Numbered from the stretch's first letter, positions 9,735 to 18,796 are shown. The stretch: DNA of 32,000 bases from Pseudodesulfovibrio piezophilus C1TLV30 (GCF_000341895.1 NC_020409.1:1-32000); one strand, 5' to 3'. Made by a program: numbers and translations. The notes: generated by a model not told the origin, from the sequence alone.

Positions 9735-11339
9735 TCATTTCATTATTTCTTTGATACGGCTGAGATGTTCCTGAAAAAAGTAATAAAATTTTGTATCATT
9801 TCCCAGAATCTGACCGAGTTGTGGCTGTGTCAATTTTTTCATGAATCCGCCACCTGTGTTTTGATGATGAATGCATTTGACCAGTCCACAATAGCGAACT
9901 TCTCCACCGTTGATCCTTAATTTGATGTCATGTGCAATGTCGTCAACTTGTGATGGCGAATATCGGAGATCAAAGTCCGGACCATCCGGCATATGAGCCA
10001 TGCGAAGAAGGTGACAGCACCCCATTACATGATCTGTGGAGCGGCAGAAGTCATATTGGCCGATATCGGTCAGGGCGATGGAAGTGGGATCTGTGAGTTT
10101 GAGCAAGCCTGGTTCTGCCAAGGAAAAGCTTCGGTAGAGGTACTGAATCATCCTTTGGTTGCTTCCGAAAATGACTTTGCTCCCGACCACAGAAGCAGTG
10201 GGGTGCTTTTGCATTTCTGTCAGGTAATGACCGAGCCAATCCGAGGGTAATTCCACATCGTCATCAAGGTAGGCCACAAATTCACTTTGTCGGACTTCAG
10301 GGAGGCTTCCAAGCCAGTTCCTCGCAGCAGGAGCACCCACATTCACGGGCAGAACCAAAGTTTGAAAGTCGTTGTCAGGAAAGAGAGAGCGGGCTGATTC
10401 GGTCACAGCCTCACTGTTGTCGGTGCACCCGTTCAAAAGAATGCGAATCTTCGCCGGACCAAGCGTTGTTTTTGCCAGACTCTCCAAAGTCATTTTGAGG
10501 TCATCAGCTTTATTCCATGAATAAATGCAGATCGTTACATTGCTTGTATCGAGAAGTCCCATATCCGGAAGAGTTGGTCCTTTCAATTCGCTGAGTCTGT
10601 ACCTAACCGGACCTTGAGCAGGGTCCTGGGTGAGTGACTTCTCATAGAGATCAATCGCTTGAAGTGTCTCTCCTGTTTGAGCAAACATTTCAGCCGCACG
10701 GTTAAGGAGCACCTCTGAAGTTCTGTTCGATTGAATGAGGCTGGGCCATAATCTCAGGGCGTCTTCAGCCATACCGAGTTCTGAATAGTGAAGAAACAGG
10801 CGTTCATCCCATTGTGGCTGAGCAAAAGGTGGGATGACGATTTTGCTTAACCATGGGCCTGGTTCATTCCCTTGGTAGTAATCGAGCAGCAGGCGTTGCG
10901 AGGCTGCGACGATGTGTCCGGGCCTTTGGGTGAGAATGTCTTCCAATATATTGATTCGACGCTGCAAAGCAGACGGACTCGACATGACTCGGCGCATATC
11001 CATGAGTGAGGGGGCATCCTCAAATCGTGCAATTTTCTTGGCTCGCTCCAGAAGGAGCGGGTCTCCGGAAAGTTGAGCCGCAAGATTTAATGTCATGTGA
11101 TTGAATGGGCTGAGTGCAATGGATTTGCGCAGAAGACGCGTAATTGTATCAACTGTTTTCGGATGGGAATTGGCTGTCTGGTCATTTAGTATGCGTGCCA
11201 AAAAGACGGAGCACATCTCATGGTCAAGATAGAGATTGTCTTCCACCTTTCCCAGGACTTTGAAAACAGCGTCAAGATTAATGCGATCCAGTTCTTCGAA
11301 ACGATCAGTCGGGGTATAGATGTCGTTCATTCTCTCCAT
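9735..11339 (-). CDS. TPR-like N-terminal domain fused to a family 2 glycosyltransferase
   Basis: The C-terminal half has the GT2 layout: ICIYSWNKADDLKMTLESL, LLNGCTDNSEAV and the DxD-type YLDDDVELP. The N-terminal ~260 aa is helical-repeat/TPR-like (AIDLYEKSLTQDPAQGPV). The ATG at 11330 (MNDIY) is an alternative start. Confidence 0.7.
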   Translation of the reverse strand: MERMNDIYTPTDRFEELDRINLDAVFKVLGKVEDNLYLDHEMCSVFLARILNDQTANSHPKTVDTITRLLRKSIALSPFNHMTLNLAAQLSGDPLLLERAKKIARFEDAPSLMDMRRVMSSPSALQRRINILEDILTQRPGHIVAASQRLLLDYYQGNEPGPWLSKIVIPPFAQPQWDERLFLHYSELGMAEDALRLWPSLIQSNRTSEVLLNRAAEMFAQTGETLQAIDLYEKSLTQDPAQGPVRYRLSELKGPTLPDMGLLDTSNVTICIYSWNKADDLKMTLESLAKTTLGPAKIRILLNGCTDNSEAVTESARSLFPDNDFQTLVLPVNVGAPAARNWLGSLPEVRQSEFVAYLDDDVELPSDWLGHYLTEMQKHPTASVVGSKVIFGSNQRMIQYLYRSFSLAEPGLLKLTDPTSIALTDIGQYDFCRSTDHVMGCCHLLRMAHMPDGPDFDLRYSPSQVDDIAHDIKLRINGGEVRYCGLVKCIHHQNTGGGFMKKLTQPQLGQILGNDTKFYYFFQEHLSRIKEIMK

Positions 11340-11385
11340 ATCCTTGGGTAGTTTCGGGCGAGTTTATCTGATTTGAACGGGAAGT

Positions 11386-12516
11386 TCATTGGCTTTGATC
11401 ATCAAAGGACTGTCCCATCAGTCGCTTGGCCAATCCGCCAAAATCTTTTGGGGCATAACCGAATACTTCATTCCAGACATCCGTGGATTCCATGCAGAAA
11501 TAGAGTTGTTTGTCCATACCATGCGCACGGAGTCGATTGACGATGAAGGAGAATTGCTTCACTCGCAGGGGGCGAAGGAGGCGGGCCTTGCCATCGAGTC
11601 CTGGAATGAACTCATCATAGATGTATGTCGTTTTGGGGAAATTGTCAGCAATGATAGGCGTGAGTTGTGGCATGCATCGGAATGAGCCGATTGACATGTA
11701 GGCGATCTGGTGTGGCTTAACATAATCAAAAATCAGGTCGATGGTTTCCGCATAGCCTTCTTCCCAGCCTGGATAATGAATGACCGGATCGAAGTGAAGA
11801 CAGACTCGAAAACCAGCTTCCGCACATGTCCTGGCAGCCGAGAGTCGTTCCCGCAAAGTGGAGACATCAAATTCTTCATGTTCATTGATGAAGGGAGCAT
11901 TCATGGACCATGCCGGAAGAATTCGGTCTGTTCGTTTGGCTGCATCCATCCATGAAAGATCAACGACTTTTGACTTGAGTTCAAGGGCTACATTGCTGTA
12001 GTTATTCAGAAATTCGACAAGATCATGACTGTATCCGGTCAGGTGTTCCAGAGCGAGAGAATCTGTGAACTCTCCAGTCCCGACCCGGAAGCGTTGTGCC
12101 TGATTGGCAAAACCCTCAGCAAGTTCACTGAACAAGTCACCCTGGTTCGCCCATATCTTGAGGACTTGGTCCTGGAAATAGGCCTGGAGGATACAGTAGG
12201 AACAGGCCATCGGACAGTTCTCTCCAATGTGGATGATACGATATCCACAGCAGTGGTAGGCTTTGGTACCAGGGCAGAATCGGAGGAATTTCCCTTTGTA
12301 TTCTTTAAGATAGAGTGCCTGTTCGGAACCTTTGCTGAATTCAATACGGTCCATGTCCGGGGAGACGACGGTCCACGGGAGGTTTGCTTTATCCGTACCC
12401 GCAAGGCGCCTCTGTACTCTCCTTGCTATCAGTGAATCCTGCATGGATTCATCAACGAATATGTGGGAGATGCGACGCAGGTGATTGGGGAGCTGTTTAG
12501 TCATGGCTGGTTCCAA
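11386..12516 (-). CDS. Spore photoproduct lyase family radical SAM protein (SplB-like)
   Basis: CX3CX2C cluster in NCPMACSYCILQAYF. It is preceded by KGKFLRFCPGTKAYHCCGY, matching the SPL-family layout rather than a generic rSAM core. The track start at 12516 is TTG; an ATG at 12504 (MTKQL) overlaps the upstream gene stop. Confidence 0.75.
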   Translation of the reverse strand: MEPAMTKQLPNHLRRISHIFVDESMQDSLIARRVQRRLAGTDKANLPWTVVSPDMDRIEFSKGSEQALYLKEYKGKFLRFCPGTKAYHCCGYRIIHIGENCPMACSYCILQAYFQDQVLKIWANQGDLFSELAEGFANQAQRFRVGTGEFTDSLALEHLTGYSHDLVEFLNNYSNVALELKSKVVDLSWMDAAKRTDRILPAWSMNAPFINEHEEFDVSTLRERLSAARTCAEAGFRVCLHFDPVIHYPGWEEGYAETIDLIFDYVKPHQIAYMSIGSFRCMPQLTPIIADNFPKTTYIYDEFIPGLDGKARLLRPLRVKQFSFIVNRLRAHGMDKQLYFCMESTDVWNEVFGYAPKDFGGLAKRLMGQSFDDQSQ

Positions 12517-13483
12517 TCGTCCAGAGAATTTCCCACTCAGGGCGTGTAACCATGTCTTCCAAATCGTGGAGCGCTGTTTTTAGCTGCTGGGAATTCTTGA
12601 TTCGAAGAGTCAGCTCTGCTTCATTTGTTTCGAAATTATCTGGTTGTTCTAGCTGCCATTTTGTTCCGGCAACCAATTTTGCAGATGTTTCGGCATAGGA
12701 CTTTTGGCGAGATGTCAACTCTGGGTAGCGGGCTTTTTTTGCCGTTGAGACAAGGCGGGCAATGGTGTCCTTGGGAGAAAGAGTCAGGCCCATCATTGTG
12801 TCCATATGAGTTGTATTCATAATGTTCGCTATGGAATGAGCAGTCATTTTAGAGGTTTCGAAAAGCCACGTCAGCACGTTGACGGCGTTAGAGCGTGACC
12901 ATGAGTAGTTTGTGAAGAGCTGTTCTACGGCGTGTCTGTCAGAGTCATTCATTTTGGCAATGATGGTTCCCGCAGCTAAGGGAATGCGCCCTGCGGTCAG
13001 GTGAGACTGCCAGTTTTCAGGTAATTCCAGCCATGTCATGAAGAGCTTGGCGTCTTTGCTTTTCGGCTTGATACCAAGACGGTGGAGAACTGTCTGCCGG
13101 ATCTCCTTCTCTGAGGTGAATGTACGGAAATACCGAAGTGCTTTGAGTTTCATTCCATCATCTTGGAGACGGTGGGTATTCTCAATCAGATAGAGTAGCC
13201 CCTTCTCCATGTCAGTCAGTCTCTCGACCAACCTGACCAGAACGGGCTTTCCCAGTTCCTTTAGAATCATGACTCTGGCGAAGCCGGATATGAGTTCCAA
13301 GCCTGTTTCTGTCTCCTGAACAAGGATTGGGGTGGTTTGACCGACTTCCTCAAGGGAAGTCTTCAATGAAGTGTTGGTCTGTTCGGACCAGAACAGGTGA
13401 GAGCCTGTGGTCTGGATAGCTTGAGCGGAAGCTGTAATGATTTCGCTTGAAAGCTGCAAAGTGTGCTCCTGGCATTTCTTCAA
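12497..13483 (-). CDS. ParB/Srx-fold N-terminal domain protein (ParB-like, degenerate GERR box)
   Basis: SLEEVGQTTPILVQETETGLELISGFARVMILKELG aligns to the ParB box SI...G.lqPi.V....g.yelIaGeRR. TWLELPENWQSHLTAGRIPLAAGTIIAKM resembles the ParB LLkLPeevq..l..gkls.ghAraL helix region. The only in-frame starts are TTG: 13483, or 13459, which has AGGAG 6 nt upstream. Confidence 0.6.
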   Translation of the reverse strand: MKKCQEHTLQLSSEIITASAQAIQTTGSHLFWSEQTNTSLKTSLEEVGQTTPILVQETETGLELISGFARVMILKELGKPVLVRLVERLTDMEKGLLYLIENTHRLQDDGMKLKALRYFRTFTSEKEIRQTVLHRLGIKPKSKDAKLFMTWLELPENWQSHLTAGRIPLAAGTIIAKMNDSDRHAVEQLFTNYSWSRSNAVNVLTWLFETSKMTAHSIANIMNTTHMDTMMGLTLSPKDTIARLVSTAKKARYPELTSRQKSYAETSAKLVAGTKWQLEQPDNFETNEAELTLRIKNSQQLKTALHDLEDMVTRPEWEILWTIGTSHD

Positions 13484-13600
13484 TGGTTATAACGTAAGGT
13501 TCTATAAAATAAGATGATTTTGTTTGGTCAGTAAGGGTGAACACACAAAGTCATTGTTATTTCAATGTGATGAGAAGCCGTGTTTCTCAGCTTACCCCTC

Positions 13601-13630
13601 TTGACATTTTCGCGTTGCTCTTCCTATAGG
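13601..13630 (+). promoter_or_regulatory. Candidate sigma70-type promoter for the EF-G paralogue
   Basis: TTGACA (13601-13606), an 18-nt spacer, then TATAGG (13625-13630), about 95 nt upstream of the ATG. Confidence 0.3.
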
Positions 13631-13724
13631 ACTAAACCTGTCAAAAACCAAGTGTCCTAGACCAAACGGGGTCGGAGGTGCCCCAAATTAGAGTAAAAAA
13701 CCAATAAATATACTGGAGTAGAGA

Positions 13725-15785
13725 ATGCCTGACTTGAACACCCAGAGAACATATTCACTTGTCGGTCATGGCGGCAGCGGCAAGACCTCTGTCGCCGAGA
13801 TGCTTCTTTTTAACGCTGGCGTCGTCAATCGCCTCGGCAAAGTCGAAGATGGGAATACCATTCTCGATTATGAGCCTGAGGAGATCAAGCGGCGCGGTTC
13901 CATTCAGCCTGGTTTTGCTCATTACAAATGGAAAAAAAACGATCATTTTCTCATTGATACTCCGGGGGATTCCAACTTTGCCGGAGATTTATCCTATAGC
14001 TTGACCGCAACTGACGGTGTGGTGCTTGTCCTTGATGCTGTCGATGGAGTCAAGCCGCTGACCAGAAAAATCTGGTCTCAAGTTCAGGCTCGGGCATTAC
14101 CAGCCATGATTGTCATCAATAAAATGGATCGTGATCGAGCTGATTTTGATGCTGCTTTTACTGGTATTTCTGATGCATTGGGTGCGCGGCCGGTCCTTCT
14201 TTATTATCCCATTGGTGTCAGGGAAGACTTTAAGGGTGTGGTTGATATGTTGTCAGGTCAAGCTTTTCTGTTTAGTGCGGATGGTGCCGTTACGGAAGCT
14301 GATATTCCTGCCGAGATCGCGGATGAAGTGGAAAGTCTCCGAGAGACCATGATTGAAAATATCGCGGAAAGCGATGAAGACCTCATGGAAAAATATTTCG
14401 AGGAGGGGGAATTGGGACCTGAAGATAGCATAAAAGGTCTCAAAGCCGGAGTTGCATCTGGTGAACTCGTTCCTGTCGTGGTGTCTTCTGCTTTGAATAA
14501 TCAAGGCGGACAGATGATCCTTGAGACTGTACAGAAACTCTTGCCTGGTCCATTGGACCATGCTCCCTGGGTTGGCGAAGACGGGGAACGTCCGAGTTCT
14601 CCAGACGAACCTCTGGCATGTTTTGTCTTCAAAACACAAGCTGACCCTTTTGCCGGACAGCTTACACTGGCTCGTGTGTTATCAGGACAAATCAAGCCGG
14701 ATTCCCATTTGTTGAACGCCTCGAACGGTGAAAAAGAGCGCGTGGGGCAATTGTTGCTGACAAGTGGCAAGGAGCAAATCCCGTCGAAAGAGGCCATGGG
14801 ACCTGGGGCTATCGTCACCCTTGCCAAATTGAAGAATACGGCTACGGGAGATACTCTGGTAGAGAAAGACGTATTCAAATTGATCAAGCCTGAACGCGCA
14901 CCACAGCTTATTACCTTTGCTTTGGCTCCTGCTGAAAAGGGTGATGAAGATAAAGTATATGCAGCTGTCGCCAAACTGCTTGATGAGGATATCACGTTGA
15001 CCCTGTCTCGTGATGAAGAGTCCGGTGATATTCTTCTGTCCGGTATGGGGCAAAATCATATTGAAATTTCAGTAGAAAAAGCCAGAAGGCGCTATAAGGC
15101 TGATATTGTCCTGAAGACTCCCAAGGTCCCGTACCGCGAAACATTCAAAACCGGAGCCAGGGAAGTGCAGGGGCGCCATAAGAAACAGTCCGGCGGCCGA
15201 GGGCAATTTGGTGATTGCTTTATCCATGTGGCCCCTCAAGGGTCGGGTGAGGGATATGAGTTCGTGGATAAGATTGTCGGAGGATCCATTCCTCGGCAGT
15301 TCATTCCTGCCGTAGATAAGGGAATACAGGAATCTGCCGCTCGAGGCGTGCTTGCTGGGTATCCGGTTATCGACTTTCAGGTCACACTGTATGATGGCAG
15401 CTATCACAATGTCGATTCATCAGAAATGGCTTTCAAGATTGCAGGTTCCCTTGCCTTCAAGAAGGCGGCAGAAAAGGCTCATATGGCCCTTCTTGAACCG
15501 ATCATGCTGGTGACTGTGGCGGTGCCGGACTCCTTTATGGGGGATGTTATTGGTGACCTTTCTTCACGCAGGGGCAAGGTGCTGGGGTCTGATTCCCAGG
15601 CCGGCCTGACAGAGGTAAAGGCCCATGTTCCCATGGCTGAAATGCTGAAATATGCTCCGGATCTCAATTCCATGACTGGAGGGCAGGGAACATTCTTCAT
15701 GGAATTTGCTTCTTATGAAGAATGCCCTTCACAGGAAGCAGAAAAGGTTATCGCGGCACATTCCAAATCGGCTGAAAGCGATTAA
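13725..15785 (+). CDS. Elongation factor G paralogue (divergent GTPase motifs)
   Basis: Full five-domain EF-G length (686 aa). G1 is GHGGSGKT, G3 is DTPGDSNF, G4 is NKMD. Domain IV has GSYHNVDSSEMAFKIAG. It stands alone rather than in an rpsL-rpsG-fusA-tuf context. Confidence 0.88.
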   Translation: MPDLNTQRTYSLVGHGGSGKTSVAEMLLFNAGVVNRLGKVEDGNTILDYEPEEIKRRGSIQPGFAHYKWKKNDHFLIDTPGDSNFAGDLSYSLTATDGVVLVLDAVDGVKPLTRKIWSQVQARALPAMIVINKMDRDRADFDAAFTGISDALGARPVLLYYPIGVREDFKGVVDMLSGQAFLFSADGAVTEADIPAEIADEVESLRETMIENIAESDEDLMEKYFEEGELGPEDSIKGLKAGVASGELVPVVVSSALNNQGGQMILETVQKLLPGPLDHAPWVGEDGERPSSPDEPLACFVFKTQADPFAGQLTLARVLSGQIKPDSHLLNASNGEKERVGQLLLTSGKEQIPSKEAMGPGAIVTLAKLKNTATGDTLVEKDVFKLIKPERAPQLITFALAPAEKGDEDKVYAAVAKLLDEDITLTLSRDEESGDILLSGMGQNHIEISVEKARRRYKADIVLKTPKVPYRETFKTGAREVQGRHKKQSGGRGQFGDCFIHVAPQGSGEGYEFVDKIVGGSIPRQFIPAVDKGIQESAARGVLAGYPVIDFQVTLYDGSYHNVDSSEMAFKIAGSLAFKKAAEKAHMALLEPIMLVTVAVPDSFMGDVIGDLSSRRGKVLGSDSQAGLTEVKAHVPMAEMLKYAPDLNSMTGGQGTFFMEFASYEECPSQEAEKVIAAHSKSAESD

Positions 15786-15807
15786 TTGAGAAAATCTCAC
15801 ATGAATA

Positions 15808-15842
15808 GGGGCAGCGAGTCGACTCGCTGCCCCTTTATTTTT
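15808..15842 (+). terminator. Rho-independent terminator after the EF-G paralogue
   Basis: Perfect 11-bp stem ggggcagcgag/ctcgctgcccc with loop tcga, followed by TTTATTTTT. Confidence 0.85.
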
Positions 15843-15912
15843 GTGCTTGCGCTCTTGTTTAGCGTGAGGATTTGGTTTACTCATGCGTGAGCCAAAACAA
15901 TAAGGATAATTC

Positions 15913-16635
15913 ATGTTTAAAAGGATATTTTTTGTCGTTCTGCTGGTTCCGGTAACCCTGTATTATAGCATACGAATGCTTTTGGTTGATCCGGAAAAGG
16001 CTGCGCCGGAAGAGTATGATAGCTGGGGACTGAAATGGGGAGCGGCGGCAGTGTGGCTTTCCGGCATTACCATAGAAACGGATATGGGGGACGTTGACCC
16101 CAAGGGCCATTACGTTTTTATTGGGAATCATCAGAGTAATCTCGACATCCCGGTGCTCTTTAAAGTCTTGAAGGGCAATCGCATTCGCTTCGTAGCAAAA
16201 AAAAGTCTCTTTGATATCCCGATATACGGGAAAGCACTAGCGCATTCCGGGCATATTTGTATTGATCGGGATAACCGCCGTGCTGCCATGCAAAGCCTCA
16301 ATGATGCTGTAGAGCAGGCTCAAAAAGGCATTTCTCCCTTGATATTTCCAGAAGGGACTCGCAATGACAATCTGGATGATTTAATGGAGTTCAAGATCGG
16401 TGCCATGATCATTGCGCTTAAGTGCGGTTTGCCAGTGGTTCCTTTTGTTATGGCGCATACCGGGCGTGTCATGCCCAAGGGGAAAATGATTATCGACAAC
16501 CGTCCGGTTGTTCGATTTAAGGCATTGCCCATCATAGATCCTTCCCAATACACCCTGAAAGAGCGCGAAAAGTTCAAGGACGATTTGCGCGCGATGATGA
16601 GCAAGGCGTACAAGGAACTCCTTGCTGAAGGATAA
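15913..16635 (+). CDS. plsC: 1-acyl-sn-glycerol-3-phosphate acyltransferase
   Basis: HX4D motif NHQSNLD, the FPEGTR motif, and an N-terminal membrane anchor. Confidence 0.85.
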   Translation: MFKRIFFVVLLVPVTLYYSIRMLLVDPEKAAPEEYDSWGLKWGAAAVWLSGITIETDMGDVDPKGHYVFIGNHQSNLDIPVLFKVLKGNRIRFVAKKSLFDIPIYGKALAHSGHICIDRDNRRAAMQSLNDAVEQAQKGISPLIFPEGTRNDNLDDLMEFKIGAMIIALKCGLPVVPFVMAHTGRVMPKGKMIIDNRPVVRFKALPIIDPSQYTLKEREKFKDDLRAMMSKAYKELLAEG

Positions 16636-16638
16636 ATA

Positions 16639-18294
16639 ATGTCTTCGACATCCCTCAGTCTTTATCCCTTGGGCGGGCTTGGTGAAATCGGTATGAACTG
16701 TATGGCCTATGTGACGGATCGGTCCATGGCCCTTGTCGATTGTGGGCTCATGTTTCCGGAGGATTATCATTTTGGTGTGGATGTGGTCATTCCATGCTTT
16801 GACATGATTCTTGAAAACAAGCAGAAATTGCACGGTATCGTGCTCACTCACGGGCATGAAGATCACATTGGTGCCTTGCCCTGGCTTTTACAAAATGTCG
16901 ATGTTCCTGTGTATGGGAGTGAATTCACCCTTGGCTTGGTTGAGAGCAAATTGCGTGAACATGGTTTGGACCGTTGGGCCGACCTTCGTCCTGTCCGCCC
17001 GTACGACAGGGTGCTCATTGGTGATTTTAAATTTAATTTTTTCCCTGTCTGCCACTCAATTATTGAAGGTTTCGGTCTTGGTATAGAAACCCCTGTCGGA
17101 CGAGTTGTTCATACAGGAGATTTCAAGATTGATCGGAATCCTCTTGGTGGGCATGCCACTGATCTTGGTGCATTCCGTAAATTCTCCGAATCGGGTGTGA
17201 CTGTGATGCTCTCGGATTCGACCAATGTGGAGAGGGAAGGGTTTGCCCTGACAGAACGGGAAATCAAGGTATCTCTCCGCGAGATTTTCTCTACGGCGAA
17301 AGGTCGTATTCTTGTTTCTCTTTTTTCGAGTCATATTCAACGAATGCAGGAAGTCATTGATTTGGCTGATGCCGAAGGGCGTAAGGTCGCAGTTTCAGGG
17401 CGTAGCCTTTTTCGAAATATAGACTTGGCGAGAGAGCAGGGGCATCTGAAAATACCCAAAGGGATTTTGGTGGACCTTGACCAACTCGATGAATACGGGG
17501 ATTCAGAGCTTGTCCTGCTCATTACTGGGTCGCAGGGCGAACCCTTGGCTGCTCTTTCGCGGATGGCTATGGGGGAACACAGGCAATTGAGCGTCAAACC
17601 GGATGATTTGTATGTCTTGTCATCCCGTTTCATTCCGGGAAATGTCAAAGCCATAACCAAGGTCATCAACAACCTTTACCGCTTGGGTGCCGAGGTCCTG
17701 TATGAAAAGATGCATGGTATTCATGCTTCGGGACATGCTCATGCGGGAGAATTGACATTGATGCTTGAGACTGTTCGTCCAAAATATTTTATCCCGGTGC
17801 ATGGGGAATACCGTCATTTGGTGAAGCATCAAAGGCTTGCTATCGGATGTGGTGTGGAAGAAGACTGTGCCTTGGTTGTGGAAAACGGACAACCCATTGT
17901 TTTTCATGCCGATGGGAGTATGGAATTTGGGAAGCTTTTTTCAGCTGAAAAGATTCTCGTGGATGGGAAAGGGGTTGGTGACGTCGGACAATCTGTCCTC
18001 AAGGAGCGGCAACTGCTGGCCGGAGAGGGGATGGTGATTGTAGTCATTGTGGTCGATGAAGCCTCTGGTGAGATCTCCATGGGACCGGATATTATATCAA
18101 AGGGTTTTGTTTTCGAGCAAAAATATCGTCATGTTCTGGATGATGCCAAATGTATCATCCTGGATGTTCATGAGAATATCACGCCGGGCGAAACCGAAAA
18201 ACTCAAGGAACGAATTCGTTCTGCGCTGAGGCGATTTTTCCGCAAGGTTCTAGGGAGAGACCCTGTCGTGGTTCCTCTTGTGATCTCAATGTAA
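16639..18294 (+). CDS. rnj: Ribonuclease J (metallo-beta-lactamase/beta-CASP)
   Basis: LTHGHEDHIGALP zinc motif, later conserved HASGHA and HGEYRH motifs, 551 aa. Confidence 0.9.
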   Translation: MSSTSLSLYPLGGLGEIGMNCMAYVTDRSMALVDCGLMFPEDYHFGVDVVIPCFDMILENKQKLHGIVLTHGHEDHIGALPWLLQNVDVPVYGSEFTLGLVESKLREHGLDRWADLRPVRPYDRVLIGDFKFNFFPVCHSIIEGFGLGIETPVGRVVHTGDFKIDRNPLGGHATDLGAFRKFSESGVTVMLSDSTNVEREGFALTEREIKVSLREIFSTAKGRILVSLFSSHIQRMQEVIDLADAEGRKVAVSGRSLFRNIDLAREQGHLKIPKGILVDLDQLDEYGDSELVLLITGSQGEPLAALSRMAMGEHRQLSVKPDDLYVLSSRFIPGNVKAITKVINNLYRLGAEVLYEKMHGIHASGHAHAGELTLMLETVRPKYFIPVHGEYRHLVKHQRLAIGCGVEEDCALVVENGQPIVFHADGSMEFGKLFSAEKILVDGKGVGDVGQSVLKERQLLAGEGMVIVVIVVDEASGEISMGPDIISKGFVFEQKYRHVLDDAKCIILDVHENITPGETEKLKERIRSALRRFFRKVLGRDPVVVPLVISM

Positions 18295-18303
18295 TGATCT
18301 CAG

Positions 18304-18347
18304 AAAAAAAGGCCCGGTTTCATGAAAATGAAACCGGGCCTTTTTTT
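18304..18347. terminator. Bidirectional intrinsic terminator between rnj and the convergent YbjQ-like gene
   Basis: 13-bp perfect stem ggcccggtttcat/atgaaaccgggcc with loop gaaa, flanked by A7 and T7. Confidence 0.88.
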
Positions 18348-18360
18348 CTGTTTTCATGTG

Positions 18361-18699
18361 CTATTTAAGCTTTTTCATTCTGACCGCAGTGCCATAGCAC
18401 GAATAGTACTTGTCACCCTCAGGGTGGAAGGCAACAGATTCGCGGTATCCGATAATGACATCGGCATTGACATCTACCGCTTGGGCCATGAGTCCATACA
18501 GGGCATTGTCAAAGGTGTAGCTTCTACACACCAGGAGACCGAATGCGGACTGAATTTCCCGGCCGGGGATGGTCTCGGTGGTCATGATTTTCATTTTTCC
18601 TGCCATATACATCTCTTTGGCAAGAGTCAGGCGATGATCCATCTTTACATCTTCCCTGGATGCACCCTGTTTTTTGGGTGAGCCGAAAATAAGCGCCAT
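18361..18699 (-). CDS. YbjQ/UPF0145-like small protein with atypical N-terminal extension
   Basis: The family-like motif KIMTTETIPGREI and the C-terminal YGTAVRM are present. The ATG at 18699 has an AAGAGGA RBS 8 nt upstream. The central segment is shorter than I expect for the family. Confidence 0.5.
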   Translation of the reverse strand: MALIFGSPKKQGASREDVKMDHRLTLAKEMYMAGKMKIMTTETIPGREIQSAFGLLVCRSYTFDNALYGLMAQAVDVNADVIIGYRESVAFHPEGDKYYSCYGTAVRMKKLK

Positions 18700-18796
18700 T
18701 TCGTCGGTCCTCTTCTTAAGTAAATGAATTCAAGCTGAGGATTTGTACCCCACTGGGGGAACATGAGCAAGTCTTTGCGCCCGGCATGTGGAAGTG

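Noticed and set aside
13484-13724. The divergent ParB-like / EF-G intergenic region as a replication origin, given the strand switch of gene orientation and the adjacent ParB-like gene
   Set aside because: I found no cluster of DnaA-box matches there, only one short AT-rich patch. Gene orientation further along the window is mixed, so the strand switch is not diagnostic. Whole-replicon GC skew would be needed.
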